A model generated the notes under the pieces. That model did not search any database. It was not told the DNA's origin and saw nothing but the letters and a program-made list of their open reading frames with translations. A stretch of 16,206 bases of DNA from a virus: the IMG/VR virus record IMGVR_UViG_3300025312_000019; one strand, 5' to 3'. Each line of letters begins with the position of its first letter. Position 1 is the first letter of the stretch. Position numbers and translations under genes: made by a program. Below are positions 1 through 6,791 of this stretch, in pieces.

Positions 1-99
1 AACGAGCGCCGTGAAGAGGTCGGCGTACACTTCGTCGTCGCCTTCACGCTGTAGCAGGGGGATGTTGAGCGTCATGGGGATCTCCTCCCGTGGGGACTG
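1..99. repeat. Terminal direct repeat, copy A (identical to 16108..16206)
   Basis: Read base by base, 1..99 (aacgagcgccgtgaagagg...cccgtggggactg) equals 16108..16206. The repeat lies inside an open reading frame. Confidence 0.95.
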
Positions 100-570
100 C
101 AGGTGGTAGAGCCAGAAGAGTGTTCCGGGGCAAGCGGTTGGGTCGCTGGCCAGTGCCCACGCTCTATGCCCGGCGAGTGGGATCGCGGGGTACTCTCGCT
201 GGATGAAGGCGACGGCGTGGGCGGCGGCGGTGAGTTGGGTGTCGGGTGGCGCTTGGTCGCGGAAGTCGCCGATCAGGACGATGCCGATCAGCTCGTTGTT
301 GCGCCCGGCGACGTGGGCGCGTGCGCCGTGTAGGTCGCCGCAGTAGTACCAGCGCCCGGAGGGGAAGGCGGCCAGGTGGTAGCCGAAGCCGCCCCAGTCG
401 CGGTCTGGGGGCTGGTTGTGGTAGCGGTCGATGGCCCGGAGGTGGGCGATCTCGTCGGCTTCGGTGTCGGGGATGGCGTCGAAGAAGGGAGCGCCGCTGA
501 CGGAGTGGTGGACGGCGACGCCGATGACAGCGGGGCCGATGGGGTAGCGGCCCGTGAGCCCGTTCGTCAT
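1..570 (-). CDS. Endolysin, N-acetylmuramoyl-L-alanine amidase (Amidase_2/PGRP, T7-lysozyme-like). This is the N-terminal 190 codons; the ORF runs off the window start and resumes at 16107.
   Basis: Hand translation from ATG 570: MTNGLTGRYPIGPAVIGVAVHHSVSG...WGGFGYHLAAF...ARAHVAGRNNELIGIVLIGDF...PLAGHRAWALASDPTACPGTLF. No stop down to position 1. The HHS / GYH / AHxxGxN / GHR...CPG pattern is typical of zinc amidases. The ORF is absent from the supplied track because it has no stop inside the window. There is no clear SD before ATG 570, and in-frame GTGs at 582 and 597 are alternative starts. Confidence 0.85.
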   Translation of the reverse strand, partial: MTNGLTGRYPIGPAVIGVAVHHSVSGAPFFDAIPDTEADEIAHLRAIDRYHNQPPDRDWGGFGYHLAAFPSGRWYYCGDLHGARAHVAGRNNELIGIVLIGDFRDQAPPDTQLTAAAHAVAFIQREYPAIPLAGHRAWALASDPTACPGTLFWLYHLQSPREEIPMTLNIPLLQREGDDEVYADLFTALV

Positions 571-614
571 GAGGTTGCGCACGTCTAGGGGTTCCACGCA
601 ACCGAGTATACCAC

Positions 615-713
615 TTAGCGGTTGTAGTGGCCTTGCGGGGCCGCTGGTGGGCGCTGGTGTGGCGCTAGGTGATGGCGGCGGGGGGCGCTGGCGCGCATCT
701 CGCTCAGGTTCAT
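615..713 (-). CDS. Hypothetical 32-aa basic, Pro-rich mini-protein (MNLSEMRASAPRRHHLAPHQRPPAAPQGHYNR)
   Basis: ATG at 713 is preceded by GAAGGGAG with 7-nt spacing. Third-codon-position GC (GC3) is high. It is very short, with no recognisable motif. Confidence 0.3.
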   Translation of the reverse strand: MNLSEMRASAPRRHHLAPHQRPPAAPQGHYNR

Positions 714-733
714 CTCTCGGCTCCCTTCTCTCT

Positions 734-872
734 TTACGCGATCTTGTCGGCCAGGATGATGGAGTTGGTGACGACGACGGTGTTGGTCGCCTCGGCGGTG
801 TTTTGCGCCCAGCTCTTCGGGGCTAGCGGCCGAGGTGTTGGCGGGGATGGTGAGGTCGAATTCGTAGAACAT
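734..872 (-). pseudogene. Frame-disrupted duplicate of the tail-fibre C-terminal tip
   Basis: Frame 1 from ATG 872 gives MFYEFDLTIPANTSAASPEEL with high GC3. From 811 the +1 frame reads WAQNTAEATNTVVVTNSIILADKIA followed by a stop at 734. This matches the last 25 residues of the fibre (WAQNTSNATATTVLANSCLIAHKLA, then stop) at 14/25 positions with identical length to the stop. A single-nt offset separates the two coding-like segments. Confidence 0.5.
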
Positions 873-882
873 CAGTCTCTTC

Positions 883-1875
883 TTATGCGAGCTTGTGTGC
901 GATGAGACAGCTGTTGGCTAGCACCGTGGTCGCCGTGGCGTTAGAAGTGTTCTGTGCCCATTGGAGTTGGAGGTTACCGGGGGTCGCGCCACATACGACG
1001 ATGGCTTCGATGATGACCAGGGTAGGGTCGCTGACGTCGAGGATGCCAGGGGAGCGGTCGACGGCAGCATCCTGGAGGGTGGCGCTGTAGGTCACGAATG
1101 GGGTCGCCGTTACGCCGATTACTGGGCCAAAGTAGGTGTGCTTGACCGTTGCGCCGGCGGGGACAGTGAAGGCGTATTTGATGTCGCCAGCTTGGGCCGC
1201 CGTGACCATGAGTTTAAAGCGGACTTCCCAGATTTCGTTGGCGGCCATGGCGAGGAGCAGGTGGTTGTCGTTCTGGAGGACTGTGCTGCTGGTAACGGTC
1301 TCGTCGGCGGTCTTGCGCACGGTGGTGGGGCCGCCGCTACCCGTCCCGACTTCCGTCCAGGCGGTAGCGCCGTCGTTGTTGCAGTAGAGCTTGTTGTTGG
1401 TGGTGTCCCAGTACAACGTCCCCTCGGCCTCGGAGTGGGACGGCGCTCCGGCCCCGGTCTGTATCTTGAGGCGGCCCGTGATGCCGGTCACGTCCCAGTT
1501 GCCGGTGATAGCCATGGCCTGGCCGCCGATGTCGTCGCCCGCGGCTGCGGCATGGGCGGCGGCGTGTAGCTGGGCGTGGTGCTGGTCGGCAGTGACGTTC
1601 GTTAGGCTGGCGTGAGACTTCTCGGTGAGCTGGGCGAGGCGGCTGAAGGTCTCGCCGCGTACAACCTCGCTCCACGCTGCGCCGGTGTCGCGGTAGAGGA
1701 TGCCGGTATCGGTGGCCCAGTAGAGGCGGTTGGCGACGGCTGCGGCGGGTTTGGCGGCGTCCAGGCCGGACAGGATGACGCCGATCTCCGACAGGTCTAG
1801 TGTGATGTTGAACTTGTCGGCGGGGGATTCGGCTACGTCGAAGCCGGCCCCGAAGTCGATCTTGAATGTGGTCAT
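883..1875 (-). CDS. Tail fibre / receptor-binding protein (330 aa)
   Basis: ATG 1875 overlaps the upstream stop (ATGA). Repeated fibre-like motifs are present: LYWATDTGILYRDTGAAWSEV and LYWDTTNNKLYCNNDGATAWTEV. The C-terminal part is beta-rich and ends ...NLQLQWAQNTSNATATTVLANSCLIAHKLA. The R-rich N-terminal extension in the track (to 2061) is a shadow of the upstream gene. Confidence 0.8.
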   Translation of the reverse strand: MTTFKIDFGAGFDVAESPADKFNITLDLSEIGVILSGLDAAKPAAAVANRLYWATDTGILYRDTGAAWSEVVRGETFSRLAQLTEKSHASLTNVTADQHHAQLHAAAHAAAAGDDIGGQAMAITGNWDVTGITGRLKIQTGAGAPSHSEAEGTLYWDTTNNKLYCNNDGATAWTEVGTGSGGPTTVRKTADETVTSSTVLQNDNHLLLAMAANEIWEVRFKLMVTAAQAGDIKYAFTVPAGATVKHTYFGPVIGVTATPFVTYSATLQDAAVDRSPGILDVSDPTLVIIEAIVVCGATPGNLQLQWAQNTSNATATTVLANSCLIAHKLA

Positions 1876-2207
1876 GGTGTGCCTCCTACTAGGACGCCGC
1901 CTTCGTACACTTCGATTAGGGTTAGGGTTGCGCCGACGGTTCCTACGCTTACGCCGCTCTCTAGCACTTCGACGTCTAGACCTGCGGCTGGTAGGGCTCC
2001 CTGTACGGTGATGATAACGGCGTCGTCGGGGTTGTCGTCGGTGAAGAAGAGGACGGCGCATTCACGATCGGCTACGACGTCGGCGGCGGGGATGTCCGTG
2101 GCCACGGGCACGGCGAGCACGAGCGTGGGTAGCGAGCTTACGAGTTGCACGTCGGCCTTGTGGGTCACGGCGTCGTAGGCCTTGATGATGGCGCGGTGCA
2201 CCTGCAT
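1872..2207 (-). CDS. Small tail spike / OB-fold protein (gpV / gp138-N-like), 111 aa
   Basis: The pattern AIIKAYDAVTHKADVQL...LPTLVLAVPVATDI...ECAVLFFTDDNPDDAVIITV resembles the baseplate-spike OB-fold N-domain. It sits directly after the hub-like gene, and its start shares one nt with the upstream stop (TGATG). Confidence 0.5.
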   Translation of the reverse strand: MQVHRAIIKAYDAVTHKADVQLVSSLPTLVLAVPVATDIPAADVVADRECAVLFFTDDNPDDAVIITVQGALPAAGLDVEVLESGVSVGTVGATLTLIEVYEGGVLVGGTP

Positions 2208-4222
2208 CAGGGCGCTCCCAGGGTCAGGGTGTGGGTGTAGTCGGGGTCGCGACTGCGACCGCGGCTGTAGTGTAGCACGGCCCGGAGGACGCGGCGTTTG
2301 GAGGCGGAGAGCGCCCGGCGGGAGTCGGTGATGTCTATTACGTCGTTGACCTCTAGGCCGCAGTGGACCGGGGCCGTGATCTGGTCGGCGTAGTGCTCGA
2401 TCGCTTCTTCGCGGGCGAATGATCCCGCTTCCTTGCGGGCCAGGGCGAGCGCTCGGTTGAGGGTGGTGGTGTCGGTGGTAAGCTCGCGGTCTGCGATTAG
2501 GGCAGGGCTGGCGTAGTGAAGGGGGATCTCGGAAAAGTCGATCGACTCGCCAACGACGTTGGCGAGAGCGCCGCCCAGGACCTTGAAGTGGTTGTGATCC
2601 TTCAGGCGGTCGACGTAGCGCGCGGTGTAGATCGGGTGCTGGGTTGTGGGTTGCCAGGCGAAGGCCTGGTCGGAAGAGTCGGCAGCGAGAGGTTCCTCCA
2701 GGTAGAGGAACTCGCCACGGTTGTAGATGATGTCGGGGATTCGCCCGAGAAGGCGGTGAGCGACGGCAAGGGCGCTGGTTCCCGGGTTGATGGAGAGGGC
2801 GGGGTAGGTGTTGCTGGCCGTTGCGCTTGAGCCCGTGCCGGAGAACTCAAAACCTGCGCGGGCGGCGAGCCACATGAACAGGCCGAAGATGTTCTTAGCA
2901 GCGGCGGCGAACTGGATAAGGCGGGGCGCACGCCAGCGGGATAGGTGGGCGAAGGCGTTTTCACAGCGCAAAGTTAGGGTGGCGCTTCCCTTTGAGTCGA
3001 AGGTGTGCTCTAGGGCGGCGATCCAGACGGTGGGGCCGTCGGAGTAGCGGGCGACGTTGTTGGCGTCGTAGTAGCCCGGGCTGATGCGCACCTCTGCGCC
3101 CTTGGTGATGGTGGCGTGCGCGTTGTACGTGCCCGCGTGGTTGTCCAAGAGGATGGTGGACGTCTCGGGCTCGGTGCTTTCGTTCAGGGAGCACTCGATC
3201 ACGTCCGCGGTGACGTCCAGGGTGGCCAGGGTCAGGCCCCAGTAGTAGACGCGGTTGGGGGTCGTCAGGTAGACGGCTGTGGCGGTGAAGGCGATGGCTA
3301 GGCCGTAGTCCGTGCCCAGGTCGAAGGGGACGGGTTCGTGCCACAGGTTGTCGGCGTAGTCCGCCGTGGGGGGGCTGTAGGAGTGGACGATGCGGTCGTA
3401 GGCCCCGGTCCCGGTGTAGTACTCGCGACAGGTGAAACGGTAAACGTCGGGCTGGAAGAGGAAGGGGTTGTTGTAGGCGACGTTCGAGCCGGGGGCGGTG
3501 TCGTTGATGGGCCAGGCGGGGCTCCAGGTGTTGGGGGCCTGAGAGAAGCCGTCGCCGAATATGCGAGAGGCGAGCCGGGCGCCGCCGCCGGTGACGATGG
3601 TGCCGGTAACGATGATGTTCCAGTCGCTTTGATAGAAGAGGGCGATGCCGGTCGGGGTTATTTCGCCGTCGGTGGTGGTGACGGCAGCGGCCCAAGCGCT
3701 GGCCGAGTACTTGTAGGCGCTGAGGTTGTTGCCGTTGTTCACTACCAGGGCGCGGACGGTGCTCGATTTGGCTGAGGCTGCTATGTAGTTGATGGTCACG
3801 GCGTGGGTGATGATCAGGGCGAAGGCGGACCAGGTGGCTCCGCTGTCCGCGCTGGTGGACTCGTATATCTGGGTGGGGGTACCTGAGTCCACAGCGTAGG
3901 CGTAGAGGTTGGCGCCCGACTTGGCGATGGCGCAGAGCTTCGTCGTGGTGCGCCAGCTCGTCCAACTGCTGTACGTGCTGCCGCTGGTGGGGCTGGCGAC
4001 GCGCTGGCGGTAGAGGGTGTTGGCCTCGATGCGGAGCCGGTTCAGCGAGCCGTCGGTGGGGACGGCTACGGCGTGGGGCCCGGCGGCTTCAGCGCCGGTG
4101 TACCAGAGGGTGGGGCGTAGGCGGCGGATGCCCGCGTTGCGGTCGGAGACGACGACCTTCAGGTAAGGGCGGCGGTTGGTCGCCTTCTGCGCGGCGGTAA
4201 GGTCGGCGTGTAGGGCTCGCAT
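2207..4222 (-). CDS. Large tail protein (671 aa): N-terminal beta-propeller-like half with an Asp-box, C-terminal half resembling gpD/gp27-type tail hub proteins
   Basis: The Asp-box/BNR motif SADSGATW lies at residues 124-131 (3830..3853). The C-terminal pattern (...ILLDNHAGTY...GAEVRISPGYYD...TLTLRCENAFAHLSRW...IFGLFMWLAARAGFEF...) looks hub-like. The gene lies between the adaptor and the spike. Confidence 0.7.
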   Translation of the reverse strand: MRALHADLTAAQKATNRRPYLKVVVSDRNAGIRRLRPTLWYTGAEAAGPHAVAVPTDGSLNRLRIEANTLYRQRVASPTSGSTYSSWTSWRTTTKLCAIAKSGANLYAYAVDSGTPTQIYESTSADSGATWSAFALIITHAVTINYIAASAKSSTVRALVVNNGNNLSAYKYSASAWAAAVTTTDGEITPTGIALFYQSDWNIIVTGTIVTGGGARLASRIFGDGFSQAPNTWSPAWPINDTAPGSNVAYNNPFLFQPDVYRFTCREYYTGTGAYDRIVHSYSPPTADYADNLWHEPVPFDLGTDYGLAIAFTATAVYLTTPNRVYYWGLTLATLDVTADVIECSLNESTEPETSTILLDNHAGTYNAHATITKGAEVRISPGYYDANNVARYSDGPTVWIAALEHTFDSKGSATLTLRCENAFAHLSRWRAPRLIQFAAAAKNIFGLFMWLAARAGFEFSGTGSSATASNTYPALSINPGTSALAVAHRLLGRIPDIIYNRGEFLYLEEPLAADSSDQAFAWQPTTQHPIYTARYVDRLKDHNHFKVLGGALANVVGESIDFSEIPLHYASPALIADRELTTDTTTLNRALALARKEAGSFAREEAIEHYADQITAPVHCGLEVNDVIDITDSRRALSASKRRVLRAVLHYSRGRSRDPDYTHTLTLGAP

Positions 4223-4249
4223 GCTGGCCCTATTCTACACGGTAGCGTG

Positions 4250-4876
4250 TCAGGGGCCTGGGTCGCTGGACTGGCTGGGCACGGGGTCGGTCTCGACGTA
4301 GAGGCGGCGGGTGCGGAGTTTCTGGCGCTTGCGGAGTAGCGCCTGGAAGCGTCCCAGGTAGTGGGCGGCGAGCTTCTCCCAGTCGGTGGCGGCGCGTTGG
4401 CCGCCGGTGTTCAGGGAGTCGGTGGCGTCGACCTGCTCCTGGAGGCAGGCGTAGCCAGCGGCGCCGATTAGCACAAGCTCGATCTGGGCGACGTCCAGGG
4501 TGGTGCTGCTGGCGCCCAGGGTGTGGGGGCCTTCCCAGTAGACGTAGGTGTTCTCGATGGCGGCAGGAGCAGCGTCGGTGAGCATGGTCAAGGTGTTGCC
4601 CCAGATGGCGAAGCCGACGAAGTTCTGGGGCCAGGAGCCGACGGGCCACTCGACGGCGCGGACGTTAATGCGGCCGGTTAGGGCGGAGATACTGATGTCT
4701 CGGCTGCCCGCGACGGTCACGACGGTGGTCTTGTTCTGGTAGGGGATGGCTTTCGAGAACTCTTCCAGGGCTTTCTCGATGGCGCGGGTGAGCTCGGCGT
4801 CGGACCAGATGGCAGAGGCGGCGTCCTTTAGCTCGACGCGAAGGTCGGCGAGAGCGTCGGCTAGGGGGGTGGCCAT
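4250..4876 (-). CDS. Putative head-tail adaptor / connector protein (208 aa)
   Basis: GGGAGG lies upstream of ATG 4876. The N-terminus LADLRVELKDAASAIWSDAELTRAIEKALEEF resembles gp6-like connector N-termini. The gene lies between the head and tail genes. Confidence 0.5.
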   Translation of the reverse strand: MATPLADALADLRVELKDAASAIWSDAELTRAIEKALEEFSKAIPYQNKTTVVTVAGSRDISISALTGRINVRAVEWPVGSWPQNFVGFAIWGNTLTMLTDAAPAAIENTYVYWEGPHTLGASSTTLDVAQIELVLIGAAGYACLQEQVDATDSLNTGGQRAATDWEKLAAHYLGRFQALLRKRQKLRTRRLYVETDPVPSQSSDPGP

Positions 4877-4888
4877 AGGGCCTCCCTG

Positions 4889-5299
4889 CTAGGCGGCGGT
4901 GGAACCGGCGCGCACGCTGGGGGCGACGTAGATCTCGGTGGCGGAGAGGATATAGCCAAGGATGGTGTTCACGTCGCCGGTGGTGGCGGGGGCGGTCTCG
5001 GTGTAGCCGCCGCCGACGCCTGCCCCTTCCTCGTTGTAGACGAGGCCGCCGACGGTGCCGGCGGTGAAGCCGCCGATGATGGCCTCGCGGCAGACCTCGA
5101 TCTCGTCGCCGCTGACGCCGCCCTGAAGGGCGATCAGCTTGCCCTGGATGGCGGTGGCGACGGTGGCCAGGGCGCGTTTCCAGCCGGTGGCGTAGCCGAT
5201 TAGGTCGCCCGCAATGACGGTGCCGGAGAGAGCGACTTTGAACTTAGGACCGATGGCCCGGACGGTTCGGTTGCGAGGGCTGGCTTCGGTGAGCGCCAT
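4889..5299 (-). CDS. Putative head decoration / cement protein (DUF2190-like), 136 aa
   Basis: A Gly/Val/Ala-rich, beta-type sequence lying just downstream of the capsid gene. Confidence 0.45.
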   Translation of the reverse strand: MALTEASPRNRTVRAIGPKFKVALSGTVIAGDLIGYATGWKRALATVATAIQGKLIALQGGVSGDEIEVCREAIIGGFTAGTVGGLVYNEEGAGVGGGYTETAPATTGDVNTILGYILSATEIYVAPSVRAGSTAA

Positions 5300-5301
5300 G
5301 G

Positions 5302-5436
5302 CTACTTCTCCTTAGACGGCTTCGTGGGGGCTGGTGCGACGGGTTGGACGAGGGCGGTCCCGCAGTTGGAGCAGGAGATGCCGTCCTGCTCTAGCAGGCA
5401 CTTGCTCTGACAGCGGGGGCAGTAGACGCCGGCCAT
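5302..5436 (-). CDS. 44-aa zinc-ribbon mini-protein (MAGVYCPRCQSKCLLEQDGISCSNCGTALVQPVAPAPTKPSKEK)
   Basis: ATG 5436 overlaps the capsid-gene stop (TAATG). It has a CxxC...CxxC pattern and high GC3. The 71-aa track ORF has a spurious N-terminal extension inside the capsid gene. Confidence 0.6.
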   Translation of the reverse strand: MAGVYCPRCQSKCLLEQDGISCSNCGTALVQPVAPAPTKPSKEK

Positions 5437-6377
5437 TAGTTTGTCCAGTCTCCGGAGCTGAGGCCGTCCATGCGGGCCATGGCGACGCTGCTGAGTAGGG
5501 CCAGGCCGCAGTACCACTTCACGCGATCTCGTTTGGCGTCCTTCGTCTCCAGGGAGCCTACGCGTTCGACTTGGATTCCGCCGCCTGCTTCCAAGCCAAA
5601 GAGGGCGTCACCACCAAACTTCAGCGCGAAGATGCTGGAGGACGCGCCGCCGGTCTTGGCGGAGTACTTGCTGGAGGCTAGGAGTTCGGTGTCTACCATG
5701 AAGTCGTTGATGAGGATGGGGATCCCGGACCAGAGTTGGGCAAGGTAGCCTAGAGCGCCGACTGGGGCGGACTGGAGTGCCCAGCCTTGCGACCGGGCAA
5801 GCTTCTGGATGCCTCGGCGCGTGCGGCGGCTCATCATGAGGGCGGACGGACCGCCGACGATGCAGTCGCAGAGCTGGTCAAGTTGGGTGAAGGTGCCGAC
5901 GGCGGGGGTGGTGCTGCTGCCCAGGTGGACGTTCTGGGCGGCGGCTAGGGCTTCGGCGGTGACATGGAGGCCGTTGAAGCCCTTGGGGTCGACGGCTAGC
6001 TCGCCGTAGACGAACTCGTCCTGGAACTCCCGGGCGACGGCCTTAGCCTTCATTGCCAGGACTTCGGCTTCGAGGTCTTGCTCGTTGGAGCGGGTGAGAG
6101 CGAGGAAGTTGTCGATGTCGGCGTCGCCGCCCAGAATCTTGAGGGTGGCGGTGACGGCGGTAACGGTAGGTGTTCCTTCGACCCAGGTGTCGCCGGGGTT
6201 GTAGAACTGTGCGCCGCCGAGGGTGGCCTCGCGGTTGTAGGTGAGGCTGTTGCCGAGGATTTCGGCGAACGGTAGGAGGTTGAGGACGGGGGACTCGGCG
6301 ACGATGGCCTCCACAACGCCCTTGATGAGTTGGGTGCGGCTGTACTTGTCGGCTTCGGCTACGGTTTCAAATGCCAT
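5436..6377 (-). CDS. Major capsid protein, HK97 fold (313 aa)
   Basis: GGAG lies 8 nt before ATG 6377. The sequence is typical of HK97-like capsids (LPFAEILGNSLTYNREATLGG...LKILGGDADIDNFL...QDLEAEVLAMKAKAVAREFQDEFVYG). The gene follows the portal and scaffold genes. Confidence 0.9.
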   Translation of the reverse strand: MAFETVAEADKYSRTQLIKGVVEAIVAESPVLNLLPFAEILGNSLTYNREATLGGAQFYNPGDTWVEGTPTVTAVTATLKILGGDADIDNFLALTRSNEQDLEAEVLAMKAKAVAREFQDEFVYGELAVDPKGFNGLHVTAEALAAAQNVHLGSSTTPAVGTFTQLDQLCDCIVGGPSALMMSRRTRRGIQKLARSQGWALQSAPVGALGYLAQLWSGIPILINDFMVDTELLASSKYSAKTGGASSSIFALKFGGDALFGLEAGGGIQVERVGSLETKDAKRDRVKWYCGLALLSSVAMARMDGLSSGDWTN

Positions 6378-6383
6378 GGGGTT

Positions 6384-6764
6384 CTACTCCGTCATTCCTG
6401 GGCCTGGGTGGTTGAGGGCAAAGGCGATGCGGCTGACGCCGCGAACGCCGTCGGGGACCTGGATGGTGGCTCGCTGTATGCCTCCGCCGGTGGGGAGTCG
6501 AACCCCTGTGTTGGTGGCGGCGGCGGCTGCCTGGGCCGTCTCGATCTGCTGGCGCACGTGGTCGGCGACGGCGCGGGCGCTGTCGATGCTCTGGGCCAGG
6601 GTGGTCAGGTCAGCGCCGGTGAAGGCGGCGTCGGGGAGGTCAGGGTTGGCGGCGCGTAGAGCGGTCCGGGTGGTCTCTAGGGCCTGGGCCAGTTGGGCCT
6701 GTAGGGCCGTTAGAGGGTCGGGGTTGTCGTCTTGGCCGCCGGTCTGCTCGTTCTCGTCGGACAT
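6384..6764 (-). CDS. Scaffolding protein (126 aa)
   Basis: AGGAGG lies 5 nt before ATG 6764. The protein has an acidic N-terminus and an Ala/Gln-rich helical composition. It lies between the portal and capsid genes. Confidence 0.6.
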   Translation of the reverse strand: MSDENEQTGGQDDNPDPLTALQAQLAQALETTRTALRAANPDLPDAAFTGADLTTLAQSIDSARAVADHVRQQIETAQAAAAATNTGVRLPTGGGIQRATIQVPDGVRGVSRIAFALNHPGPGMTE

Positions 6765-6791
6765 TCTCGCCTCCTGATTCTGCGCATGAGC

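Noticed and set aside
1-99. The 99-bp repeat as a genuine physical direct terminal repeat or an LTR-like element.
   Set aside because: It falls in the middle of the endolysin reading frame, and its length matches a common assembler k-mer overlap. Circular closure is the simpler explanation. Only read-end analysis can settle it.
734-960. The fibre-tip duplicate as the variable-repeat/template-repeat (VR/TR) pair of a diversity-generating retroelement.
   Set aside because: The nucleotide differences between the two copies are spread over all bases rather than confined to adenines of one copy. No reverse transcriptase is present anywhere in the 16.1-kb circle.
2961-3965. Long R/P/H-rich ORFs overlapping real genes in other frames or strands, for example 164..601, 2961..3965, 8192..9124, 4230..4649, 11660..12139, and most plus-strand track ORFs.
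   Set aside because: These are typical shadow ORFs of GC-rich DNA. They have Arg/Pro/Gly-rich translations and no SD, and they overlap frames that have clear homology-like motifs and high GC3.
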